A stretch of DNA of 64,000 bases from Chrysomallon squamiferum. Taxonomy: Eukaryota; Animalia; Mollusca. Shown here piece by piece: positions 28,419-41,802 of the stretch. The position numbers were made by a program, and so were the translations under genes. The stretch lies in contig CM022670.1 in assembly GCA_012295275.1 (NCBI GenBank), positions 10,478,001 to 10,542,000 on the forward strand, read 5' to 3'. The notes beneath the pieces are model-generated. The model made no database searches. It saw only the letters and a list, made by a program, of their open reading frames with translations, and was not told the origin of the DNA. How positions within the stretch are numbered: the first letter of the stretch is position 1; each line of letters opens with the position of its first letter.

Positions 28419-28875
28419 TTCATTTAATCATTTTAAAAATAATCTTGGTGATCAGTTGTTGTAATATTTTGATTAATTTGGATTTTCAAAAATGTTCAAT
28501 ATGTTACAATTTTTTTTTTTTTTTTTGATTCTCGACACAACGCAGATAATAAATTAATGTCTACAGCTCAATTTGTGAACAATATGGTAGCGCTCTAATT
28601 GCAAGTATTATCATTAAAAATTAAAATAGTATGGTTTATAGTTACTTGTTTTGAGAAAAGAAATGTTTTGACACGTAGAAAAAGCAGTTTAGCCACTGTC
28701 AGATGTAGTTGTGCATAGATATATTCAAATAGGAATCTATTTTACGTAATAAAAATGGACTGCAGAAAAAGCTAAATATTCTTTATGATTAAAATTTAGA
28801 GACATGGGTTAGTGGATCAAAATACTTATATACACACATATGTATAGATTCATATAATAATAAATATAAAGAGAC

Positions 28876-28983
<108 letters not shown>

Positions 28984-29666
28984 CACCTCATTCTTACAAA
29001 ACCAAAATATAAAGAAACATTTTAAAGTCACTTCTAGCTAATTAGCTGAGTGCCGTCTAAGTCTATATTTTATTTATCATGACGTATATTTGTTATGTTA
29101 CAGTACCGGTTCACTTGTTACTTAGCACTAATTGTGAACGAACAGACTTCCCAAAGGTCACCAATAATACGCCGTGAGCAACACTAATTTCCTATTTTCA
29201 AGTATTTCACCTACAGCTAGTCGTTGTTATTAATAATTCACTTTCTTGCAAGCACACAGCCGTTTGTGGACACTACGGTTTTTGTAATCATGTTCTACTG
29301 CTTTTTATGAAGTGCGTTCCACCAGGGCTCGTGAAGGTTGCTTTTCTTTTCGATTTCTGTTCTACAGTTGATTTTTGTTGGTTTTTTGTGTGTGTTTTTT
29401 TTTTTTCAGTTTGTTCTACCAGTTTAATTAAACTTTCTGCTGGCTTTATTAACAGCCATTTTCTAAAGTTTTTATTTTGTTAGTTTCTGTGCGGCTTTTG
29501 GGTGGATATCGTTGATTGTTTAATGCATAAATTAAGTGTGTGCGTGCGTGCGTGTGTGCTTACTTCTGCCAGAGTACGTTCACTGCATGCAGACATTGCT
29601 ATTATTTATCATTATCATCATTATTATGATTGCTGTCGCTTTTTGTTGTTGTTGTTATTGTTGTTA

Positions 29667-29721
<55 letters not shown>

Positions 29722-30185
29722 GTTATTATCCTTTTCTTTTCATTCATTCATTGCACCATCCGACTTTCTTTCCTTCAGAGAGAGACAAAAACAACAACAA
29801 CAAAAAATGATGTTTTTTTTTTGTTTTTTTTTTTTTCTAACTGAATGGTGTTCATGTTGAAATTGTCTGAACTGAAAATTGCTGGTAATTTTTTTTTATT
29901 TCTTTTTATTGTTTTTTTTTTACGTTATGAAGAAATTAATAAGGATATTCCTGCACTGGAGATGGGATTATAAGAATGGTTTGTTTACTTTTATCCCCTC
30001 AAGCAAATTGCTTTCTTGCTCCGATTCCATTATTGCCAATACCAGTTTCAAAAACATTTCATCACAGGAGGTTGCGTGATACTCAGAAATTCTTAGAATA
30101 CAAAATTACGCATTCTTATGCAAATTTAGTTTTTTTGTGGAATTCGAATCAAGAAAATTTGAAATGATGATAAAGAAAAAAGATT

Positions 30186-30465
30186 GTGCGTGTCTATGTG
30201 TGCATGTATGTATGTATGTATGTGTGTGTGCATGTATGTATGTATGTATGTGTATATGTATGTGTGTATGTATGTATGTGTGTATGTATGTATGTATGTA
30301 TGTCTGTATGTATGTGTGTATGTATGTGTGTATGTATGTATGTTTGTGTGCATGTATGTATGCATGTGTGCATATATGTATGCATGTGTGCATGTATGTG
30401 TAGTGGTATGTTTGTATGTATGTATGTATGTATTTACGTGTATGTGTATGTACGTCTGTGTATGT
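30186..30465. repeat. Degenerate (TATG)n/(TG)n microsatellite
   Basis: Read directly; it accounts for the stacked MYVC and HTYI ORFs. Confidence 0.95.
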
Positions 30466-30789
30466 TCTACAATTTTTTGAAAAATATTTATACATCCAAA
30501 AATCTATAAATATATTTCAAAACAATTGCAGAAAAAAATTATTTCTATATTACATTTATCAATTTTGTCTAATTCTTTTGTTTATGTGGAGTTATATTTA
30601 ATGGTATTTTTAAATAATGAGGAGAGGAGAAGAAGAATGTTTTGATCAAAAATGTCGTGGATGGTATTTGTTTTCAATTCATTTTTCATTGTATAATATG
30701 TACAAATTATATTGCTGTCTTTATTGTTTAATTTTCAGTTCTAATTATTTACAAAAGCAGAGTAAAAACAAAGAAAAAAAAAGAAATTA

Positions 30790-31658
30790 TTTAGGAATAA
30801 ATAAAATTTTTAAATTCAAAATAAAATAAAAATAAAACGTAAAAAAAAACAAAATAAAATAAAATAAAATAAAATAAAAATAAAAATAAATTAAAATTAA
30901 AATTAAAATTAATTAAAATAATATATAAATTAAAATAAAAAATAAAAACAAAATCGTAAAATAAAACAAAATAAAATAAAAATAAAATAAATAGATAATT
31001 CAAAAAAACAATAATTTAAAAGATAATTTGAAATAAAATAGCAAATAATGAATAACAGAAAAATTAATTTCAAATACATAAATTTAAATAACAATCTGCA
31101 GATACAAGATTATAGATAATGAGAAGGCCTGGAAACGTGTAACTAAATTACATCATTTTCAGTCGAATTTCCATCTCTCTTCAAGATGAAGATATAATTT
31201 GCTTTCAAACTAGTAATTTTTTCAAATGCTGTGTTGTTTAAGCTGGTCATCTGTCACTTTTAATGTTTTATTTTTTTTAATTATTTATTATTTTTATTTT
31301 GATAATTCTTTTTATTTATTTCTATTTCACTTTTCAGTTTTTTTTCCTTCTTATCATGACTAACGATGTTTTTCTTGCAATGGTTCTTTTTATATTATCA
31401 TTATTTATTGTTGTTCTTCTTTTGGGGGGGGGTTGTTTTGTTTCTGGTTTGTTTTCTTTAGTTTTACTTTATTTTATTTTTATTATTATTATTTTTATTT
31501 TTATTTTTATTATTATTATTATTAATATTATTAATTTTTTTATTATGTATTTATTTATTTATTTTTGTTTTTGTGTATATACATATATATATAAAACCAC
31601 AAATATATATATTATATTTTATTTTATTTTATTAGTATTAATTTTTGAGAATGTTATT

Positions 31659-31704
<46 letters not shown>

Positions 31705-31907
31705 TTATTTTTATTATTTATTATTAATTTTTTTTATTTAATTATTATTATTTTTTGTTTTTTGGTAGCTTTAAGATTTCGGGGTTTTATTTTCATTTTA
31801 TTTTTGTGGCATATCTCGATGTAAATGTTTGCCTGTGTTTGTTTGCTTTCTCTCCTCATTTATATATGATAATGTGATACAATATTAAAAAGTAACCTTG
31901 TACGTTA

Positions 31908-31960
<53 letters not shown>

Positions 31961-32208
31961 TGATGATGATGATGATGATGTGATAATCTATTTTATATTC
32001 TATTATTATTATTATTATCATCATCATCATCATTATTAATTTTACCATGGCTATGACCTGTTTTTAAATTACTAATTAAAAATGGTTTTCTCTTGCTTTA
32101 TTAAAACTACAACAACAACAATAACAACAACGGCTACAACAATAACAGTAACAATAAAAATAGCAACATCAACCAAAACATAACAACAACAACAACAACA
32201 ACAACAAC

Positions 32209-32254
<46 letters not shown>

Positions 32255-32420
32255 GTAATAACAATACTAAAAGAATATTTGGAATTTTATTATTTATTTA
32301 TTTATTTATTTTATTTATTTTATTTATTTATTTATTTATATTTAGATTAAAAAATATATTTATTATGCGTTTAGATAAAAAAAAAAAAAAAAAAAAAAAA
32401 AAAGGTGCTAATTAAAATTG
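30790..32420. repeat. Extended extremely AT-rich low-complexity tract (AAAAT, TTTA, TTA, AAT, AAC, poly-A)
   Basis: Read directly from the sequence. Confidence 0.85.
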
Positions 32421-32647
32421 GTCAAGAAGTTATAATATATTCTAATTTATGAGAGTTTTATCTTATATTATAACAGGCAGTAATAATAGTAATAAAAACA
32501 GCAAACAAATTAACAACGAAAAAAAATCAAGAGCAGTAGCAGCAGCAACAGCGACAACTACAACAACAACGACAACAACAGTCATAATAATAATAATAAT
32601 AATAATAATAACATTACCTTTGTTATGTGATGATTATAATTATTGTG

Positions 32648-32747
32648 CCGGAAATGACGCTACAATTATTATTGCATAAGCTAATTGTTTTGACGTCATA
32701 AAGAGAAAACAGATTTAGATTTTCAGTTCTTCTAGCTCTCGGTAAGT
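32648..32747 (+). promoter_or_regulatory. Candidate core promoter with a very short first exon
   Basis: CCGGAAATGACGC (ETS-CRE-like) 32648-32660, TGACGTCA 32691-32698, CATAAAG 32697-32703, Inr-like TCAGTT 32723-32728, donor CG|GTAAGT at 32741/32742. Confidence 0.35.
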
Positions 32748-34729
32748 TAAATAACTGAATTCATACAGATGTTTTAATTTGACATTGCTTATTTATTCAT
32801 TCATTCATTCATTCATTTGTTTGTTATTGTGGTAGTGGTAGTAGTAGATGTAGCGGCAGTAGTTTTAGTATTAATAGTAGTTGTAATAATAATACTAAGA
32901 AGAACAACAACAACAACAACAATAATAAATATTATTAATAATAATAATAATAATAATAAACAATAAGTCTACCATGAAACTATAATTATACCACAATAAT
33001 TTAAAAAAAAAAAAAAAAAAAATCAATTCTTGGGAGCCAATTCGATCGACTTGCGTCAATATCGTGTGTTCCGTTTCCCAAGATTTTGCAAGAGGTCATT
33101 TCGAAAGATTTGGCCGATTCGGTTATAATGGTGTTATTCGAAAGCTAATTTCCTCAAACAAACAGCGCATTTGGGATTTGGCCTTAGTGGCTTTAGAACC
33201 TGAATGCAAGAGAATATGACAGCAATTCCACTTACTGTCGTCATTCATTAAGGTCCATTTAAAGATAACAGCATTTTCGTTTTTATAAATGAAAACAGGG
33301 ATGTCGTAAAGTTAGGGTAATGTTCAAAGAAGAAACCGTTAAAATTGACGGTTAAATTTTCTTCTTTTTCTTAAAAAAAAAAAAAAAAAAAAAAAAGAAA
33401 AAAAAATAAGAAAAAGAAAAAAATAAGAAACAAAGAAACAAAGAAAAAAGATTTTAAAAAATGAAATAAAATAAAATAAATATTTTGATCGAAGTTCTTG
33501 GTTTCTAAGTTTCGTTTTTTTTTTTTTTTTTTTAAGAATATTTATCTGTATGTATATTTTATTTTATATTTTATTGATTTGTTGTTGTATTAGTCTTTAA
33601 AGTATTTTGCTATTATTATTATTATTATTCGGAATTTCATTTTCATAGCTTTAGTTTAATGGTGTTTTTTGTTTTGTTGTTGTTGTTGTTTCTTCTTGTT
33701 TTTTTTTTTTTTGTTGTTGTTTTTTTTGGTTGTTGTTTATGTTTGTTGTTGTTGTTGTATTTTATATATTTTGAAATAAATTATGGTGAAAGCTACTTTC
33801 AGTAACCACGACTGAAATTATAACATCTTTATAATTCAGGTGAAATTCAATAACAACAACATCAAACATACAATAATAATAATAATAATAAATAATAATA
33901 ATAATAATAATAATTAATTAATTAATTAATTAATAAAATAAATAAATAGTGTTTTTTGGCGAAAACCTGTCTTTCGTTTACTTACATATTATTTTTTTAA
34001 AGTTATTTAATACTATTAAATTTTAATGTTAAGTAGATGAATATTTGTATCTGATTATGATACCATGTTATTCTGTCAATCATCTTTTTCACTTTTTATT
34101 TTTTATTATTTTGTCTGCCTTTTTTTCTTCTTTTTTTCACTGAATTTTGACTAATGCCGATAGTTTTATTCAAATATATTTCTAAGATTTCACAAAATTA
34201 ATAATAACATTTATATATAACTTTGTAAACTAAAAAAATAAAATAAAAAATAAAAAAAATAATAAGAATAATAAATAACATTACCTCACACACATTTCAG
34301 ACTAACGATGTCTAGCAAAATTCATGCATAATTATCAAATTTCGTGACAAAATTTGTTGTGCTGTTGAACGTTACTGCTACAGCGATATCCCCAATGCAT
34401 TATATTGACAACATTGTAATTATAAGCCAAATTGCAGTTTAACAAAATGCGTCAACATTATTATTTCATTCCGTTTTGTGATCACAACAGGACAAATACA
34501 GTTATTTCTGTGATAACTATGACAGTATAGAAGGGTGATTTGCTAGTCTGGTGGTAAATCATAGGATATTAAATCATTTGTACGTTTTCATTTTGTCGTT
34601 TGAAAAGGAAAACATGACGTAATAATAATGACGATGACAACAACAACAACAATAATAATAATAATATTAATAATAATAATAATAATGACAATGATACTAC
34701 CTTCTAAAAGCAATAACAACAAAAATAAT

Positions 34730-34770
<41 letters not shown>

Positions 34771-35049
34771 CAATAAAAACAACAACACTGCTAATCACAA
34801 TGATACAGTTTAGCAGAGTAATTCAATGAAGTGTAGTGTAATGTTGTAACGTCTGGCACAATAAAATGTGTGCTGTTTCATATAGTCTGATATGGTAATG
34901 GCAGTTACTGTAGTAAAAAAATATTAGAATTACCAATGGGCATCATATATATAGATATACTGTCATTTTGTTGTTATTGTTTTTGTGGTTGTTGTTCAGA
35001 ATTATTTCTTTATATTTAATTTAAATATAATTTGTTTTATTATTCAAAA

Positions 35050-35107
<58 letters not shown>

Positions 35108-35605
35108 TTTTAAATAATAGAACTAAAACAACAACAACTATAATAATAACAATAATAACAATAAAAATAATAATAATAATAACATCAATATAATAATCAG
35201 ACAACAACAGTAAGAAATAAATGATCACACGCACATAGATTTCATGTCCATTATTTTTGCCACCCAAACATGATCGACAGAGCACATAAAAACAAAATAA
35301 AATGCAGATCATGGCAAATACAAATATGTCTTCGCTTTCACAATCTGATCTTTGCCAGGCAAATAACGTCGGCTTTTCGCCTATTTTGTTTTACTGAAGC
35401 TATATTTTTGATTTTGCGATTAACAGGCTTCATTTTATGTTCAGACGCATTTATTTCTTTAAACTCTTTGAAGTACTTGACAGTTTCTGAAATATTTATG
35501 ATATTTGCTGGTAAGCATTTTCTATTAAACAGTAAAAAAAAAAAAAAAAGTTTTATTAAAAACCTGAAAAGAAGGATTGAGACTTGTGACGTATTTGCAG
35601 TTTTT

Positions 35606-35648
<43 letters not shown>

Positions 35649-38600
35649 TGTTTATAATTTAGTATTCTTAATTTCTTCTTTCTCTTTTTCTGTTTTATTG
35701 GATAATTTTCGTTTCATGTTAGTAGTTTGTCATCCTGTTATTATTGTTATTTTTAATTTTTTTTGTAATTTGTTTTCTTTATTGTTTTTATTTTTATATA
35801 TTATTACATATATTATTATTATCATCATCATCATCATCATCATGAACATTATTACTATTATATTATCATTATTATTATTATTATTATTATTATCATCATC
35901 ATCATCATCATCATCATCATTATTATTATTATTATTATTATTAAAAAGTTAGAGGGTTTTCTTCACTTTTATTTTACTTTACTTTTTAGTCTTTTCTTCT
36001 TACACACATTATTATACTTGGCGTTCTTTTTCACTTTTTGTGTTCGTTATCAGGTACATTTTACCACGTAATCGTGTTATTCGAACTTAGAATTAATGAA
36101 AGGTGCTTTTACTCCTTGTTCGTGTTGACATTTTTCTTGCACAAGAAGTCAAGCAGGAATTCAGTTGTAGGATGTAATTATTCAGATGTCTCTACGTAAC
36201 AGAATTACTTCAGTCTTTCAGTGTAAACCCTATTAAATGTTAAACAGTGGCAGATTAAAAACAAAAATTGTATTGTATCCTTTCTCGGTAAACTGAATTA
36301 AGTTTATAGAATTTTTTTTTGTTGTAAAAGCAGGTTTACAAATTGCAGGAAGAGACGCTTTTTAAGGTTACACATTTAAAATCTGAAGCTGGCATTCAGA
36401 ACTGGACATCAGAGTTGGAAATTCTGGGTTGAATTAGCAATAGTTTCATGTATGTTGTTTCTGTTTTATATACTTTTGGTCGTTTTTTTTCATAAAATGT
36501 AATTTTTTTTTTTTTTTTAATCTTTATTTATTTGTTGTTGTTGTTGTTGTTGTTGTTATCGTTGTCGTTGTTTCTGTTGTGTTTCGTTTTGTTCTTTATT
36601 TATTTCTTTATTTAATATTTATTTGTTAAATAGTAATCGTATTAAATTTACTTCAGAAGAAACATAGCTTCTGATAGATGAACATTTATAATAATAATAA
36701 TAATAATAATAATTTTGATAATGATGCCGAAAATTATGATAATAATAACAATAGTGATAATAATGATGATGATGATAATAATTCTTATTATAATGATGAT
36801 GATGACGACGACGATGATGATCATGAAGATTTTATACCACTGTTACCTACCACAATTATAAATGATTAGAAGAAAATCTTGTACAGAGCGATTGCGTGAC
36901 TTTGATTTATTTTTCAGCCTTCTCTTACTTTTAATGAAATTTAATATTTTAAACACTGCTTATACTTTCTCGAGGCTATGGAAATAGTTATACCATCATT
37001 CTAAACTTTAAATGTGTTTTACTAAAAGTGACTGTTAATGAAACGTCCGTGTATCTTTTGAAAGAAATAAAAAAAAAAAAAAAAAATATTTTCTTAACAA
37101 CAAACTCAACTCATAATAATTAAAGTGCCACTCTCATAACCATTTTCTGTCACAGTTTAGAAAACACGTCACAAAATACGGTTTCTGTCTTGTGAGGTGG
37201 TTTTATTTATTTTATATTAAAAAAAAAAAATTCTGGAATTATATGAAAGTCTAATACGGTGTACAGTGTTGATTCGTTCCAACAGGAAAACGTTGTAACG
37301 AAAAGCGAAGGAAGACGCTATGGGACTTTAGTCAGAGAAACGCTGATTAGCTGAAATGCTGTTTAAAAAGACTTAATTGAAAAGAGTTTTTGTCAAATAA
37401 AAATGTGCTGTCAAAACGAATAAATTATTTACTCATCCCTATCTCGAAGCTCACACAAATATAAAAAAAATAATAATAATAATAATATTATAAAACAAAA
37501 TAAACGAATGTATTCACGGCAAGAAATCATGTTTTGAATTCAACAAAATTGTTTTTCCTTTTAATTTTTGCTTCTTAAATTTCTTCAGAAAAATGTCTTC
37601 TAATGGAACTGTCAGTTAAATTTTGAAGAAATATTTACATGTTATTATTCCATATCAGGTTATCAACCATAACCGCAATGATATCTATGTTCATTAGCGT
37701 TGTTTAAATATAAACAGCGGTTTCGAAAAGTCCCAAATTTCCGTGTTGTCTGACAAAACAGTGCAATGTTCACTGGACTAACCAATCACTTTAAATCATC
37801 GCCGAGGTGATAGAAATCCTAGAAGTCAAAGTAAGTTTGTAAAGAATGTCTAAAGCGCAAAGTGAAACCATTCAGTAAGCTTTTATTTCATTGGTAACGG
37901 TTACGTACTCCCAGTCCCCGTATAACATCGTTTAAATTTGTGTCAGTCAAACCACTAATGGAAAACTGGTGCAGAGCTTCATAATAATAATAATGTTTCT
38001 GCTTTCGTTGATAATATTCTCTCTAGCTAAATCCCTTAGTCAATTTTATTTTTATTTGAATATGTTTGATCTGGATTCCGCAATGTCTTTTGTATTTCGT
38101 GAAGTACTGTATTCACAATATGTTTTGTATCCTTACGATTTTTATGATGTAGCGTACAAATACTTCGTTAAAGTTTATTACATACTGTAAAGACATTGTC
38201 ATTATATTTCATGAAATATTGTGTCTGCACGGGCTTCACTGTACAGACACTTTCATTCAATGTTATTACATATTGTACTGACACTGGCATTATCTGCACG
38301 GGCTTTACATGTCGTGACATAACGTACAGACGTCTCGTTATTTTTCATGACATTATACAGGCGTTGTCATATTTCACAACGTTTCATAGCTTATTGTTCA
38401 GTCAGAAACGATAAACAAGATCAGATGACCTCATTAAACATTTCGTCAACAGTGTGATTTCTCACAAAAACAAAACAGCCAACCAGGTCAGTATTTGCAT
38501 TTCAAGAAGCCATTTTTATTTCTTTTTACACTCCGAATACATCTATTTATTATTCACAAACAAATAAAATTAATATATAATGAGGGCAATTACCCGCAAG

Positions 38601-38929
38601 ATGTGTGTGTCCTATTTCTGATAGCCGAGGATTGGTTTAATTAGTGCTGTTGCATGTGTCGAGTCCGAAGCTAAACCACTTTGACTGTACGATCAAAGAA
38701 ACGCAATCAGGAATCTGGATGAATTATGTATGACAGTAGCTGAGTGACACGCTACAACTCGGGACATCAAGCTAGAGAGCACTTCTTGACTTCCTTGTTG
38801 ATACGAAAATTAAATTTGTCATCTAGAAAATAGTATTTTAAAAGTTTCAGCCTCCAGTTACAAATGGGATTTGCGTTCAAAGATGTTTATCGAATATATA
38901 GATGTTTTTAGATCAAATTTTTTTCATAA

Positions 38930-39039
38930 AATACATACATACATACATACATACATACATGCATACATACATACATACATATATACATACGTACATACAT
39001 ACATACATACATACATACATACATACATACATACATACA
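38930..39039. repeat. (CATA)n microsatellite
   Basis: Read directly from the sequence. Confidence 0.97.
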
Positions 39040-39049
39040 GAGTAAAAAT

Positions 39050-39600
39050 CTTTGGACTTTTATATTCAAATATTTTTAAAGTATAAACTGTATTTGTAAC
39101 AAAAATAACTGAACTTTTTTTATCGAAATATTTTTAAGTAAAAGAAATCATATATGTTGGAAAAAACGATGTAGTTAGACATAATCCTTAGCATTTTTTG
39201 TACTGTTATCGAAAGTGAAAAAAATTGTGTTTGGATGTTGAGATGTATTAATATTGAATCTTTTAACATTTTTTTTATTAAAATATTTTTCAAGTATGGA
39301 TTGTTTTTGGAAGAAGTGATGTACTTAAATGGAATTTTATGAAATTTTTTTAACCCAAATATTGTGTTTGGAAGGAGAAACGTGTTTACAGTCTTTAGAC
39401 TTTTTATTCTAATATTTTAAGTGCATCTATAAATAGTTTTAAAGTACAAATGTGTTTTTTGTTAAAAAAAAATTTATATATAAAACTTTTTATGCAAAAA
39501 TGTGTTTGCAAGAAGAGAATCTCTTTTTTCATTCTATCGAAATTATTTTTAATATAAAAATTGAGAACAGTGTTTTAAAAATTCAAATTATTTTGTAAGG
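39050..39600. repeat. Highly diverged tandem repeat (old minisatellite)
   Basis: Recurrent motifs (tatcg)aaatattttt(t)aagta and ttgtgtttgg(aag)aagag(atgta) roughly every 60-90 bp. Confidence 0.55.
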
Positions 39601-39694
39601 GTAAGAAGGATTAGGCGTATGATGAATTTTTTTCATATAAGATGCAGTGGCTTATAAAATATTTTGTGCATGTTATCTCTGTTTCACCATTTTT

Positions 39695-39845
<151 letters not shown>

Positions 39846-40012
39846 ATTTTCTTTCTGTCTTTGTCTCTGTCATTCACACACACACATATATAAATGTGAT
39901 GGAATGGCAAGTATTTCCTCTATTAGTGACAAGATTCATACAAAAGATCACTTACAGCGCTATAAGATAACAGCAACCTATAATGTAAGTTTTTTCTTTA
40001 ATATTACACTTT

Positions 40013-40048
<36 letters not shown>

Positions 40049-40519
40049 CGCATGAAGACGACAACGGTGATGGTGTATATGACAAAGGTTGTATAATGAG
40101 ATAGTGACGATGATATTGCTCTAAAGTAGATATGCACTTTTACTGGAACGAAATCGCATTCTGTAACATTTAATTATGACTTTTTCATGCAACACACACA
40201 TATTTTAGTAAAGTTAAAATAACGTTTTAATTTGATACAGAATTAACCTTTCCCGCAACGTTATAGGAATTTGACATTAAAAATAGTTGTAAGCCCTACT
40301 TTACTGTTTATGTGAAAGAGAAATGTATAAAATAATTTACTATAACTGGAAAGAGCATTCCATGGAATGGCTGATATCAAGGGTTCTGTTTATTAATGTT
40401 ACAGAATAATATAACTGATATCTTATAATTATTATAGTAAAAATATAGATACGTCTTGTTAAAGGTTGAACTTTCTTTTCAAACACTTTTTTATTTTATT
40501 TTTCTTCTTTCTTTACTTC

Positions 40520-40522
<3 letters not shown>

Positions 40523-40600
<78 letters not shown>
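40523..40600. repeat. (TC)n microsatellite
   Basis: Read directly from the sequence. Confidence 0.97.
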
Positions 40601-40603
<3 letters not shown>

Positions 40604-41155
40604 CTCGTTTTCATCTTCTTCTCCTTTCTTTTGATTCTTCTTCCTCGTCGTCTTCTCTTCAGTTTTTTTTCTCACATTTTTGTTCTTACGAGATTGATAC
40701 GTGTTTCAATTACATATAACAATGGAAATGAGACAGCCTGTTTAATTGTGTTTTCCTCTAGAACTATTCAATAACGTGCAAAGTTTCTGTCACTCGGCTC
40801 TAGAAGTGGGGATACCGCTTATAAATAATCCATAAACAATTAAGAAAGTTTATTAACTGGTCGATTTTAATTTTTTCTTTTCTTAATTTATTTTTTCTTC
40901 CTATTTTATTATTTTATTTTAATTTTTTTTTTTTTTTTTTTTTTATTATTATTTTTTTTTTTTTTTTTTTTTTGTATTAGAAAAATATTTTCACACTTTT
41001 TTTATATCTAAACAATTTTAAGGTGTTCCGTATTTCTGTGATTTCATTTATGTTAAACAAGTTATTATAAAAGGAAAGATTTTAAAATATTATAGTTTTA
41101 GATGTTTTTGAATATTAGTTTATAATTTATTTGAAAAAGTAACACTTCCTCAGAT

Positions 41156-41186
<31 letters not shown>

Positions 41187-41730
41187 TTAAATACATCAGA
41201 CTTCTAAAATGTTCTAGACATTTCTATTTTCTGTTGTTTTCTAATGATTTCATAAAAAAATATATCTCTCTCTTCGTATCGACATTTAACCGTTAAAGTT
41301 CGTGTAAACCAGTTTTTGATAAACATTAGTAAATAAAATAGTAAATACACAGTCCAGCGCAAAGAACGAAGAGCTGTAGCATTAAATTATTAATGTTTTT
41401 AATTAGAAATCATTGATTCTGTGTGGAAAATGGAGAACGATTCGTTAGACCGTAATAGCAGTGATTAAACTATACATTAATTTTCACTGTTGTTTAAGGA
41501 CTTTGACTCGATGTACTGGCTTCGTATAAAGCTTTTAGATTTTAATCTCTTTCGTCACAGAGTTTGAACCTGAGATAAAATGTACAAAATCATCTGTGTT
41601 GCGCGCTGACGTAAAAGATTTGATCGAAGACAAATCACTTTGCGTAAATCTGTATTTAAGGCACACAATATTATAATACAGTGTATATGTTAAATACTAT
41701 GGAATTATGACATATCATGAATAACAGAAT

Positions 41731-41802
<72 letters not shown>

